Shown: positions 1 through 12,479, counted from the stretch's first letter. The stretch is 64,000 nucleotides of DNA from Glaucostegus cemiculus (GCA_976551045.1 CDPCPM010000061.1:2170001-2234000); one strand, 5' to 3'. Made by a program: numbers and translations. Notes: a model not told the origin generated them from the letters alone.

Positions 1-329
1 AATTTTGTCTGCCATTTTGAGCGTTGTTGACTCCATCCCAATCCATAGATAGGGGATTAGGGCTAGCAATCCAGGACTCCTCCTTCAATAAGCCAACAGG
101 TTTCTCTCTCTAATGGGAATTGAAGGGACAGGACAAGAAAGTAGTCTTAGATTTGCATTCCCCACACAGAGCCACGCTGTTGGATCTTCCACTCTTGGAC
201 TTTCCATTCCTTAGTCTTTTTTGTTTTAAACCCAGTGGTGACTTCTTTGGATGAGTACCAACATCTTCCAGTCAATGGAAGCAGTAACCTTCTGAGTTAA
301 GTTATCCTTCTGGGCTATTGATCTCTAGA

Positions 330-470
330 TACAAAAGGGATTCAGGGGTATGGGCAGAGAACAGGAGTTTGGTGTTGAGATGGAGGATCAATCATGATCA
401 TTTTGATTGGCAGAGCAGGCTTGATGGGCTGAATGGTCCACTTTGCTCCCGTTTTCTCCATGTTTTTCTT
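330..470 (+). mobile_element. CR1-type LINE 3' end fragment
   Basis: CR1 3' terminal motif gagcaggcttgatgggctgaatggtcc..tgctcc. Confidence 0.7.
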
Positions 471-1889
471 ACATTTCTTCCAGGAGATCTTTGCATCTTG
501 TGTCATGCTCTTCATGGAACATAGATCTGTTCTGAACAAGCATTCTTCTCTCGGCCACCATCTATGGTATTCAGGATATTGTGTTGGTTTGCAATGGATT
601 CTGGAAGCAGGGGAGATTGACCCTCTCATTAATTCATTCCCAACCACATTTAGCTGCAAGGTACAAAGTGAAGTGAAATTCAACAGCAATGCTCTCTGTC
701 ACGAGTTCCTAATCCTGTTCCACACAAGCAATACTTCACGTTTTTATCTTCATCCACTTTGGAATTTTGATCCTTTATTACCTCATTTTTCAAGTACTGA
801 GAAAGATTACATCCTAAATGCACATCTACCTTCGACACCAAAGAAACTCTTCACTGAAGCCCCTCATTCTACAGTATGCATGAATGATCAGACAAAGTCA
901 CAACACCAGCATCACTGGACAAATCAAACATATAGCAATTAAAATATAATGAAAATGAAACTGCATTAAGAAGTGTTAATAATGATCCATCATTAATTTC
1001 TAACTTTCAACATAAGAAGCCTTTAAATTTAGAAATTCTTGCTGGGAGTGAAATATAGCATTATTTAATTCCCATTAATTCTCCTGGGAAGAACTTGCAG
1101 GTCAAGCACCAGTGGGTTTAATTCATGCATTCAGGTCAATTAATTAGCAGATTAAGCTCTAAAGAGTGAAGGGCCCCATACGGTCATTGTAATGCATCGC
1201 TCGTTTGATACATTCATCGTAGTCAAGAAATGATCAGAATGGTGTAGTGGCTGGAATGACAGAATGGTTGTGAGCTTCTGTTCCATGTTCTGGTGTTTTT
1301 GTCCACTGGCACTGGGCTTGATAGATTAGAACAAGAGCACAAAGTGATGCTTGTGTTTCAAGGTGTAACGTCAAGTCCGACTCAGATTAGCAGATGTAAC
1401 AGTTTAACATAGAAGAGATGGCAAAACATTTCTTTCAACTTCTTGAAAACCTCCAACATACAACACTTGAACATACTTGAAAGTAGATTGCTGGACTTGT
1501 AAATAATGAGTCAATCTGCTCTCAATGATTAGCAATGGCTCTCAAATTCTCATAACTCGGGTCCCTTCTGGTTTAGCACCAAGGGATAGCTACGATGTTA
1601 GCGTGTTTTCTAAAAAAATTGATTTATAAATATCATTACTCAGCTGGTACAATAACAATTAATTTCACTAGTGACCAGCAACAGAGGAAGTGGAGACAAT
1701 AACTGCAGAGGCCTGCTGGCTTGTCCAAGATCCAGAGTCACAATGCACCCATGCCAGAACTCAGACCCTGCTATGACTAACATTACACAAAATTAAAGAG
1801 ATTTTGTCTCAATGTAGAGACAGCATATGAACATCAGCAAAGAATCATTAATGTCAATGTCTTTTTCCTCCAAAAGCTGTCATGACGCT

Positions 1890-2622
1890 TTTGTGCTGAG
1901 GTCGAGAATGTGAAGAGCTTCAAGTTCCTGGGTGTGAACATCATCAACAGCCTGTCCTGGTCTAACCACGTAGATGCCACAGCCAAGAAAGCACAACAAC
2001 ACCTCTGCTTCCTCAGGAGGCTGAAGAAATTTGGTTTGTCCCCTTCAACTCTCACCAGCTTTTATCGATGCACCATAGAAAGCATCCTATCTGGATGTAT
2101 CACGGCTTGGTATGACATCTGCTCTGTCCAGGACCGCAAGGAGCTGCAGAGAGTTGTGGACACAGCCCAGCGCATCATGGGCACCAGCCTCCCCTCCTTG
2201 GACTCTGTCTTTACCTCTTGTTGTCTTGGTGTAGCAGCCAGCATAATCAAAGACCCCACTCATCCGGGACATTCTCTCTTCTCTCCTCTTCCATCGGGTA
2301 GAAGATACAGGAGCCTGAGGGCACGCACCACCAGACTTAAAGACAGCTTCTTCCCCACTGTGATAAGACTATTGAACGGTTCCCTTATACAATGAGATGG
2401 TCTGTGACCTCACATTCTACCTTGTGCGACCTTGGACCTTATTGCACTGCACTTTCTCTGTAGCTGTGACACTTTATTCTGTACTGTTACTGTTTTCACT
2501 GTACTACTTCAATGCACTTTGTACTAACTATGTAACTGCACTGTGTAATGAATTGACCTGTACGACTGGTATGCGAGAAAAGTTTTTCACTGTACCTTGG
2601 TACAAATGACAATAATAAACCA
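1890..2622 (+). mobile_element. 5'-truncated Rex1/Babar-like non-LTR retrotransposon (subfamily A), young
   Basis: ORF 1910-2395 (FKFLGV..WSNHVDATAKKAQQHLCFLRRLKKF..LPSGRRYRS..RLKDSFFP) is the post-RT C-terminus of this clade. The 3'UTR ends in gacaataataaacc and is nearly identical to the copy at 53625-54090. Confidence 0.85.
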
Positions 2623-2747
2623 GATCCATCTGTTCCATCTTTATCTCAAATGAAATGAAACATTCCATCAATTTCAAAGCTGTTCACAGTACCAAAGCCT
2701 GGGTACACTGAAGCTCAAACTATACCAGTCATAATCAGATATGGTAT

Positions 2748-3110
2748 TTGGGTGGCATCGTATTGCAGTGGTTAGCACTGCTACCTTGCTGCTCTAGGGA
2801 CCCACGTTCAATCCTTACCTCAGATGCTGTGGAACGCGCACGGTCTCCTGGTCATCACCCATTTCGGCCAGTGCTCCAGTTCTCTCCCGCATCCCAAGGA
2901 CATGCTGGTGCATTAATTGGCTGCTGCAAGTTACCCTAAAGTGTTCATAAATAGCAAAAGAATAAAAAGAAATCTAGAAAAATGACAGGCAGGTGAGAGA
3001 GAACAAGGCCACAGGGAAATAAGCAGCAAGGGAACAGAACAGATGGGACAGGTCTGTTGAGAGTTGGCATGGAACTGATGGGCAGAATGGCCGCCTTCCG
3101 TGCCACGGTA
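2748..3110 (+). mobile_element. tRNA-derived V-SINE (HE1-like) with CR1-type tail, diverged
   Basis: A/B-box-like head (gcagtggttagcac..gttcaatcc), V-domain-like core, tail gatgggcagaatggcc. Confidence 0.7.
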
Positions 3111-3391
3111 AGCAAGCGCATAGATGGAATGAAAGGAACAGTGCGAGATTACTGCCAACACACTGCGGAATTGCTACAATATCCTGCTTGTTCTTGTGAA
3201 TAATAAACAGTAGTTCAGAATTCCAAGTTGAATTAAACAATTTAATTTGCTAAATAGTGATTCCAAACTAATGAGACTTTCTGGTTTCATACTTAAAATT
3301 TAAATGTCTATTGCAGCAAACATCAAGGGCAATTATTTAAGTAGTAAACATTCTAAACACAGACTGTGTTGCTTGAAACAGTGAGAATGGG

Positions 3392-3625
3392 AAATTGGTT
3401 TATTACTGTCACAAGTACCGAGGTACAGTGAAAAACTTTCTTTTGCATGCCATCCATACAGATCACATCAGTACATTGAGGCAGAACAAGGGGAAAAGCA
3501 ATAACAGAATGCAGAATATAGTGTTACAGAGAAAGTGCAGTGCAGGTAGACAATAAGGTGCAAGGCCATGATGAGGTAGATTGTGAGGTCAAGAGTCCAT
3601 CTTATCATACAAGAGGTCTGTTCAT
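3392..3625 (-). mobile_element. Rex1/Babar-like 3'UTR fragment
   Basis: Reverse complement resembles the 2395-2622 3'UTR (ggtttattactgtcac..tacagtgaaaaac). Confidence 0.75.
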
Positions 3626-3974
3626 CAGAATACAAAAAACATTTGCGTAAAGTACTGCAGCCTCAAAAACCTAATAAATTACTATTAATCATAAAAACTA
3701 AACCTTACAATCAAATTGTACACTGGTGTGATATACTCTTCCAATCAAATTTGGATTGCACCAGAACTATATAATAAACTAAAATACAAATTTCTCAAAA
3801 ACAAATATTTCAATAAAATACAAAATGTAGAAATGTATGTTCAATTTTATTGAAATAGTTGTGCTTGAGAAATTTGTATTTTTGTTCATTATGTAATGTT
3901 AGAAAAATGTTCTGTTAGAAAAAGTTGGGAAGGATCAATAGCCAAAAGGCACTTGAAGTAGTCACACAAGCATA

Positions 3975-4080
3975 TCAGACAACAGGAGCGGGAGTAGGCT
4001 ACACATCCCTCAAGCCTGCCCCACCATTCAATGCGATCGTGGCTGATCAAAGCTGACCTCAACCCCTCTTCTGTGCCAAA
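3975..4080 (-). mobile_element. CR1 3' end fragment
   Basis: ggagtaggc..ccctcaagcctgccccaccattcaat..tggctgatc. Confidence 0.6.
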
Positions 4081-4227
4081 TCATTGCTCCGCTTCAAACA
4101 TCAATCCTCCAGAAGAACTATTGTGCATGAGTAACTTTCCCTTTAAAATAGGACCTAAAATGCGCATTTAATCTACCACTTATTCTGAATTTATTACAAA
4201 TTGAAGATGACAGACTACAAAGAGATA

Positions 4228-4490
4228 CATCAGTTAGTGCTGCTGTCTCACAGATCCAACAGCCTGGGTTCGATTCTGACTCCGAGTCCTGTCTGGGTGC
4301 AGTTTATGTGACCATGTGGGTTTGCTAAGAGCGTTCCAGTGTCCTCCCACATGTTGGTTGGTAGGTTAATTGCCTTACGTAGATGCAAGGCAAGGAGGAG
4401 ATGGATAGGGAGTGGGGTGTTGAAAGGGATGCAAAAAAAAATAATGTAGACGGATGTTAGATGATTGGTGCAGATAGTCGGTCAAAGGAT
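4228..4490 (+). mobile_element. Degenerate tRNA-derived V-SINE
   Basis: gttagtgctgctgtctcacag..ctgggttcgattctgac head and cctcccacat core. Confidence 0.55.
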
Positions 4491-4778
4491 AAGATATCTT
4501 TATTGGTCACATGTACATCAAAACACACAGTGAAATGCATCTTTTGCGTAAAGTGTTCTAGGGGCAGCCCGCAAGTGTTGCCATGCTTCCGGTGCCAACG
4601 TAGCATGCCCACAATGCCTAACCCATAGGGCTTTGGAATGTGGGAGGAAACCAGAGCACCCGGAGGAAACCCACGCAGACACGCCTTACTCCTTATGGAA
4701 ACTCCTTACAGACAGCAGCGGGAATTGAACCCAGGTCGCTGGCACTGTAATAGCGTTACGGTAACCCCTACACTACCT
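4491..4778 (-). mobile_element. Young V-SINE with Rex1-like tail
   Basis: tRNA head near 4720-4778, core tgtgggaggaaacc.gagcacccggaggaaaccca, tail (minus strand) gtacatgtgaccaataaagatatctt. Confidence 0.8.
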
Positions 4779-5179
4779 GTTTCTGTGCTATACGATTCAA
4801 TGACTCCTTGAAGGACTTCCAATGATATCTCTTTTTAAAATCGCAATCCATCGATGATCCACAATTCCATCAACAAAATATGACACAAAAGACACAATGG
4901 GTTAAATTCAGCCCAGAATTTGACATCAGCATAAAGTGACAGTTACAAATGATCTCTGTCACGAGAGCAACCCCCCTGCCCTCACCACCCCTTTTCTGCT
5001 GGCTACTGCTGGCAACCATCAGTTCAAAGGGAAAACTGGTGCCAAAAAACTAATGTCATCAAGCAGCCAATCACCTTGAAGAATGCAAACAGACAGCACA
5101 CCAACCAGCTACTTTTAAGTAACGTGTTAAACATTAGCACCATAAAAAGGTTGCAAGGAAGGCAGACTTCCTCAGAAGG

Positions 5180-5608
5180 AATACATCACGGCTTGGTACG
5201 GCAACTGCTCTGCCTGAGACTGCAAGAAACTGCAGCGGGTTGTGGACACAGCCCAGCACATCGCGGGTAGGGATCCTCGATGACAGATGCTGCCTTCTTG
5301 AGGCAGCACCTGCTGTAGATGCTTGTCAATGGTCCATTGTCAAAGATCCCCACCATCCAGGCCGTGCCATCTTCTCGCAGCTCCCATCGGGCAGGAGGTA
5401 CAGAAGCCTGAAGTCCCACACCACCAGGTTCAGGAACAGCTACTTCCCTTCAACCATTCGCTTCTTGAACCAACCTGCACAACCCTAATCACTACCTCAG
5501 CAATGAAACACTACAGACCTCCTCTTGTACTGCCATGGACTTGTCTCTGATTGTGTCTTTGTATTTTGCACTAAGGTCTTGTTTTGCAGTCTTTCTTTTC
5601 TTCACTGT
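5180..5608 (+). mobile_element. Rearranged Rex1/Babar-like fragment with internal inversion
   Basis: Plus-strand ITAWYGNCS..LQRVVDTAQHI, then an inverted segment 5270-5332 (minus: SIYSRCCLKKAASVIEDP), then plus-strand SIVKDPHHPG..RFRNSYFP and 3'UTR. Confidence 0.8.
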
Positions 5609-5609
5609 A

Positions 5610-5890
5610 TGGTACATGTAGCAGTTGGCGTAATGCTATTACAGCACCAGCGACACGGGTTCAATTCCGGCCATTGCCTGTAAGGAGTTTGCACGTTCTC
5701 CCCACGTCTGCGTGGGGTTCCTCTGGGTGCTCCGGTTTCCTCCTACATTCCAAAGACGTATGGGTTAGGAAGTTGTGGGCATGCTACGTTGGCAAAACTT
5801 GTGGGCTGCCCCCCAGCACATTCTCAGTAACGCAGAAAGATGCATTTCACTGTGTGTTTCAACGTACATGCAGCTAATAAATACCTATCT
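5610..5890 (+). mobile_element. Young V-SINE with Rex1-like tail, same family as 4491-4778
   Basis: gggttcaattccgg B-box, ggtgctccggtttcctcc core, gatgcatttcactgtgtgtttc..ctaataaa tail. Confidence 0.8.
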
Positions 5891-6071
5891 ATTCATTTAT
5901 TAAAGTAGAAGCTGAAATACAAAGTTTAAGAAAACATGCTTTTGAAGTATCCACGCACAAAAATTCCAGCACAATGTATTCATTTAGAGCCAGGTAATTT
6001 GCTAAATGACAATTATGCTTTAACACATTAAAAAAAATGCTGCACTTGTGTAACTAAGTGTGAGATTTACA

Positions 6072-6218
6072 GTAAAACAGAAAATGCTGGAAACACTCAG
6101 CAGGTCAGGCAGCATCTGTGAAAATAGAAACACAGTTAAAGTTAATGCTGAAATGTTTAATGTTTTCCTTTTGCCTCCTGAATATTTCCAGCACATTCTG
6201 TTTTTATTTCAGATTTTC
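6072..6218. mobile_element. Penelope-derived inverted-arm mini-element
   Basis: acagaaaatgctggaaacactcagcaggtcaggcagcatc followed by a partial reverse-complement arm ttccagcacattctgtttttatttc. Confidence 0.65.
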
Positions 6219-7407
6219 ATGAGATTTCCAAGTAGTGTTTTTCGGGAGGGGGGCTCATCCTAAAATAGCAGAAGGTCACGTCAGTCTAGTAGCTCTTTTC
6301 TCAAAAAGCAACAGAGAAAGATTCAGAGAATGCAACCACAAAGTTGTGCTGATTTAACAACAGCTTCTCCACAATTTCTGTATTAAACAACAGATACTTG
6401 AAACTCCCAAAAATGCAGTCTGTCAGAATAATGAGACAGCTGTTTCTCCATAAATTATCCACCACAGAATCTGGGCTGAAGAACTTAAAGTCTCCACAAT
6501 GGACCAAGTCATAGTAAACCAGGTCTCTACAGCACTGTTCCCATTTCAAGCACTAAGTGGCAAAAATACTTCCAATGTACAGCTGCTCTACAGAATGGAA
6601 AATGATCACATTTGTACAAGAACCATTTTCTCCATTGTGGCTGAGGGGCAACGTTGAGGTAAAGGAGAGGGACAACAGTGAAGCAAAGCAGATGTGTTTG
6701 GCTCCACAGTAGTACAAGGGATTGTTTGGAAGGTCATAATGCATCAATACTTCATTCACAGAAACTATAAAAGCCAATGGATCCTGAGCTCCTGTTCTTC
6801 ACCCAGCCATAACATGTGTTTAACTAAATGGCTCCATGAACTAATGCACTAAATTTATTAGAAAAATGGCTAATCAAGAGTTTTTTCCAGTAAGCCACTT
6901 CCCTGTCACCCATATTAACTCAATACAGTGCTTAAGAATTTCCACTCTAAACTGCTAGGAAATGCAGGGAGAGTCAGTATGTTCTCTTTTCCCAAGTGAT
7001 GAAAGTTAAGGCACAGACTACCCTTCTGTTGCATGCCCAGGAGCCCTGAATGACAAAGAAAAGCATTTCAGGCACTTATTACATGAAACAAGCTAAACCT
7101 TAGTTGGGACTTTGCCATCAATGTAGAATAGAGAAACCACACAACCTTTCTCAGGGTAGTGAAATGACTTTGAATGCCTCTCAACCTAAAAAGCTTTTCC
7201 TTGTATGTGACTAATACAACAATAAACGTTTATTTCACATATTGGATACAAATGTATTAATGCGAGACTGAAATTACCTTCTCCTGAAAACTGTAGCAGT
7301 TAAATTTTGAAGGACACAAATGAAAATCATGAATTTAAGGCAGGGCTGTGTTTGAATCACCTTTTTGAATACTTTAAGAAAAGAACAGAGGGCTATTAGA
7401 GTAGATC

Positions 7408-8782
7408 TTTTATTCATTTTTCATGATGCAGGGATCACTGGGATGGTGGGTATTTGTTGCCCATTCTTAATTGTCCTCAGGAAGACTGTGGTGAGCTGCC
7501 TTCTTCAACCTCCACAGTCCTTCTTGTGACAGTACTCCCACAATATCGTTGAGGAAGGAGTGCAAGGACTTGGACCAGCAAAAAAGAATATATTTCCAAG
7601 TCAAGACGGTGTGCGTCTTGGAGGGGAAACGACAGGTGGTGGTGTCCCTGCACGCCTCAAGTTCTTGCCTCGCTTGGTGGTGGAGGCTCTGTGCTTGGGA
7701 GGTGGTGTCAAAATAGCCGAGGTGAGTAACAGCAGAGCACTTTACAGATGGTAAACACTGCAGCCAATGTTCACAACTTGACGAGGGAATGAATGTTAAG
7801 TGTGGTTAATGGCCAATCGAGAGAGCGAATTTCTCCTTGTGAGCTGTTGAAGGTTAACTCATCCAGGTTAGTGGAGAGCATTCTACCTCAGTCCTGGCTC
7901 ATGCATTGTAGGTGATCTAGATATCAGGAGGAGAAATCACTCACTCCAGTGGATGCCACGCCTCTGACCTGCTCCTGTTGACATAGTATTTTTATATTCA
8001 GTTGAGTTTCTAGTCAATGGTAATCCTCAGGATGTAGGTGGTGGAGAACTTGATGTTTGACAAAGCTATGAGACTTAATGGTCCTGTGTCGATGTTTAGG
8101 ACTCTACAGGGCACTGTCTGTCTACCTCTCTACAACCATTTGTGATGCTGCCCTGTAGTTGGGAGGGAACATATAGAGAGACTGGGAAGCAGAATCTGGC
8201 ACATTCCCCATGGGTGACAAGGTGATCAGTTCCTCAGTTCAATGAGGACAGCTACGTCAGGCTGTTGCTGATCTCGTCTGCAAGACAATTCCCCCAATTT
8301 CGGCATCAGTGACCAGATCTTGACGAGCATACTTTACAAGGTTGACTCTGTTGCAAACAATTTTGTCCTGTCCAAACTTGGTACCTGGGTCCATGCCAGG
8401 TGGTGTCTGGTTTCATTCACATTCTGTTCTAACACAGCGTTCTGGATACACCTCAGTAGTTTGCTGGGCCAGTTCAGAGGACAGTGAAGAGTCAACCACA
8501 TTATCCCAAGTCTGAAGTTGCAGATATGCCAGATCAGACAAGGACAGCAGAATCCTTCCCAAACGATATCAGTGAACTCGAAGAGTTTTGATGAAAATTA
8601 CTGTTACTAACCATCTTAACATCCACCTCCTCACCACCCACCCCCCCCTCAAAATAAAAAGTGTGCTTTATTTAATCAATTATTTAAATTCCACAGTTGC
8701 CATGATGGGTATGATCTCACATCTCTGAAATGTTAGCCCAGTCTAGATTATATGTCTGGTAACTTAACCACTGAAGCACCAT
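7408..8782 (-). mobile_element. Internally deleted CR1-group LINE (family C) with tRNA-like 5' head
   Basis: 3' end at 7408-8070 (gcccattcttaattgtcctc..gtggtgagctgccttcttcaac), a 5'-region block at about 8240-8430, and a SINE-like head at about 8450-8782, all in one orientation. Confidence 0.6.
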
Positions 8783-11054
8783 TCCTGTAGCAGTGATGTA
8801 TTACTGAGGGCTTAAGAGACTTCTGGAGTTTTAGCATCACTGTCACTCTGTTCAAATCATAACATCTTTACAATAGATGGTGGTAGACAAGAAGGTTGTA
8901 CTTTAATCATCGAGTTAGATGACAATCAAACACAGCCTAGTGATCCTACATATATTGTAACACTACCCTTATTATGTACAATAGCCTAGTAATTTCAGAG
9001 AAAGATATCCAAATCAGATTTGCACCCAAGATGTGGGCTTTGCGATGCTGCAAAGGTGGTTTTCACCCTTTCTCATAAACCCCCTCAGATTATGTAGGAT
9101 TCCCTGTTGTGGTATGATGTGATTCAATGATTTGCTTTAACCCTTCAGAAGATAACTAACAATCAAATGCAGTTTTATTGGAAATGAAGGTTTGCCAGAC
9201 CAGGTAAGGAAAGAAGGTTTTCTTCCTCAGATGTCATTGCAGAACGAGTTGAGTTTGTCCTTTGATGAGATTGGGTCAGGATGAAAGGCAAAGTATCTGG
9301 AGGGTCTCCCTCTTGACACCCTTCAGATTTTTAAAGATGTTATTAAATTCTCAAAATGCCACATTCCTTGGGTTAACAGCCCAATTATACTACCATTACA
9401 CAACCATGCCCACACATAAATATTTATTGTCATTTAATAGACAGTGTAAGAATCATGCTGTTCCAAAATGGAATGGCAACACTCCTTAACATGCAACTTG
9501 TTGTCATTTACAATAGAAGACAGATCATAGAAAACACCCTTCATAATATCGGCAGTTCCATGCAGAACCAGTGGCATTCACCCAATTAAATAGCAGCAAG
9601 TACGGAACATATGCGCATGCATAAGCAAACACGGAAGTCCCACATTTACTGAACGATGTTGGCTGTCGCGTCGGACAAACGCCGAGCTCCAAATGAACCA
9701 TACCAAGATTAACCAGAATTTATGCTGGGGCAAGGCGCTCCTAGATCCTAGTCCAGGTCTGACATGGAGAAGGATTCAAGGCCACACAGATTTCAATGGG
9801 GATTGGAGGGGCTGTGGACAAAGTTGTAAAGGTTTCCTTTTTTAGGAAAAAAAATATTTGGTTTTGTTTAAGGTTTTCAATCAATTATTAGAGTTTAAAA
9901 ACCTAAATGTACTTTTGTCAATTTTATTTATTTTGTTTTTAATGGTTTTTAAACTAGTTCTGAACCTCGGTAACAGTCAGAGACATTGAAGACTCCCTTG
10001 AGAGCAAACAATCAGAACCATCCCAAGAAGGTTTGGACAAGGGTTATCTACAGACAGCAGCCCGTGCCAATTCAGGTTCCCTAACTTTAAATTATTTTAA
10101 TAGTACAAATCCTGACATGATTCCTTAGTTCAACAAACAAGACAGTTTATCAAATTAAGCAACAATGGAATGTCACATTAAAAACTATAAATTTTAGAAA
10201 AAAACTATTGTGTAGTGTGTGCTTCAAGTAATTTATTGCTTTGCTCTCTTCACTTAAAATACTTTGAGACATAGAAAGCTAAGATGTGCACCAATATATC
10301 CACTTCTTTATGACACGCTTTGTTTTTAACTAAATCATTGCATCAGAAATACTTGTCACTATAAAACCTCTGTTGTCAAGAGTAGCTTCACAATCTGAGC
10401 TTGGGGCTTTCATCAATCCTCTTGAGAGATTTCTGTGTTGTTTTCTGTTGCTTCAAGGTATTTTATCACCCTAGGATCTTTCTGGGGTTTGTTTCTTCAA
10501 AATTTAGCTCATGAAAAAATCACGAGAACTGTCACCACTGTCCCTGCTCTGACAGTTTCTTAACTCCAAAGACTAAAATCAATGTCTTACAGATGGGGAA
10601 TGGTTTTCAATCCCATCAGGATAGTTCTAACGAGACCTGCAGAATAAATACAAAAGCCATAATTTCTTTTAAATTTACAGATCCTGTCCAAATGGCCAAG
10701 TCAAAGGAGGATATTGGAATATGAATATTCTCAGATATTCTTTGCTAAAGAGTGCTGCACAATATCATTGTTTGCAAATCATTTGTTCAAAAATTATCAC
10801 TTTTTTTTGGTGCTCTTCAACAAATAGAGATGGAACAACATTTGAAGGACATTCAGGAAGGGGCTGATTAGTGGGAAGGACATTTGCACCTCTTAAGGTG
10901 CCAGACAATGACCATCTTCCTCAAGAGAGAGTCTAACCACATCAACTTGACACTCATGGCAGGACCATTGCAGAGTACTCCACCGTCAACCACCTGGGCA
11001 GCCACCACTGGACCAGCCACATAAATACTGTGGCTGCAAGAACAGATCAGAGGT

Positions 11055-12115
11055 TTCAGATTCAGATTAGTTTATTGCCATAGACACCAGGGTGCAATGA
11101 AATTCCTTGCTCACGTGAACAGTGTACACGGTAATAATAAATGCAACAATAAATACAATGCAAAACAACAGAATGGTGGAAAGTATAGTGGTGCAAAAGG
11201 AAATGCTGAAGTGACAGCAATAGAAGAGGCAGAATTAAGGGGTTACAGATGTGGCACCACCACTGAAAAGGGAATGTGATTGAGATGATTGGTTCAGGAG
11301 TCTGATATCAGTGGGGAAGAAGGTTGTTCTTGAGTCTGGTCATCTGGGACTTTCAGACTCCTGTATCTTCTCATGGAAGGTGGGAGGGAGAACAGGGAAC
11401 AGCTAGGGAGACAGGCATCCTTGACCATACAAGACATTCTGCAGATGCTGGAATCTGGAGCAATACACAAGAAGCGCTGGAGGAACTCAGCAGGTCAGGC
11501 AGCATCTGTGGAGGGAGATAAACAGTCGACGTTTCGGGCCGAATAAGGTGGTGTGGGCGGGGGGGAGCACACACAGGCAGGGGAGAGCTGAGTTCAGGTG
11601 ATGGGCAAATCCAGGTGAGAGGGGAATGGTGGGTGGGTGGGTGGGGGAGGGGGGTGGGACGGTAATAGGCTGAGGGGTGATAGGTAGAAGAGAGAAAAGG
11701 GCTGGAGGAGGAGGAATGCGGTAGGAGAGGGCAGGGGACCACGGAATAAAGGATGGAGGAGGGGAGGAGAGGAGACGGGCAGGTCATCAAGGCGGGGGAA
11801 GGGAGCCACAACAATAAGGGAAGACAAGGAGTGGGGGGGGGGGGCAGGGGGAAAAAAATGAAGGGGTGGGGTTACCGGAGGTTGGAGAAATCAATGTTGA
11901 GGCCATCAGGTTGGAGAGGTGGAATATGAGCTAATCTGCCGTTAGCTCCCTGAAGCAATACCCCGTGAAATTGGACTGGATGGAAGGAAGTGACGAGCCT
12001 GTGATGGACTGGGCAGCGTTTACCAACCCCTGTAGGTTCCACCGGTCCAGAGCAGTTGCCATACCAGGCTGCGATGCAACCCATCTAGATACGTTCTACT
12101 GCGGATCTGTCGAAG
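11055..12115 (-). mobile_element. Rex1/Babar-like copy inserted in family C LINE and split by a Penelope element
   Basis: Tail ttcagattcagattagtttattg at 11055. Coding remnant GCIAAWYGNCS near 12050-12085. Confidence 0.75.
11428..11930 (-). mobile_element. Penelope-like element 3' fragment
   Basis: Minus strand ends ..LQPDGLNIDFSNLR*, resembling the GIY-YIG C-terminal LxPxGLN motif. It is followed by a pyrimidine-rich UTR, a hammerhead 3' half (GGCCCGAAACGTCGACTG, 11523-11540) and the terminal arm gatgctgcctgacctgctgagttcctccagc. Confidence 0.8.
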
Positions 12116-12479
12116 ATATATTCTGCAGAAAATGACTCGCCTTCTCACACCTCAAAACACAAATCTAGGTGGTGATGGAGTACTCTCCACCTGCCTGGAA
12201 GTGCATGGCTCCAGAAGTACCCCAGAAACTTGACGCCTTCCAGAGTAAAACAACACATTTGGCTGAAACTCCTTCTACCATTCTAAACATTCCTTCCCTC
12301 CATCACCAATGCATAATGTAGGCTGTGTACCCATACATAATCATCACCCAGGCTACTCCAACAACACCTTGCAAACACACAAACTGTACAACCAAGAAGG
12401 ACAAAAGCTTGAGGGAATGCACCATCTGCATGTTTTCCCTCTAACTGCACGCCATCCTGACCTGGAATATGGCCAAAAG

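Noticed and set aside
433-942. Longest ORF in the track (169 aa)
   Set aside because: It starts inside a CR1 3'UTR and has no recognisable domain or splice context; likely a chance ORF
1910-2395. Intact 161-aa ORF as a host gene
   Set aside because: It is the C-terminal part of a 5'-truncated Rex1/Babar-like retrotransposon, with several related copies in the window
11545-11875. G-rich tract or proline-rich ORF (11371-11814) as a gene or special G-quadruplex locus
   Set aside because: Explained by the low-complexity 3'UTR of the Penelope fragment
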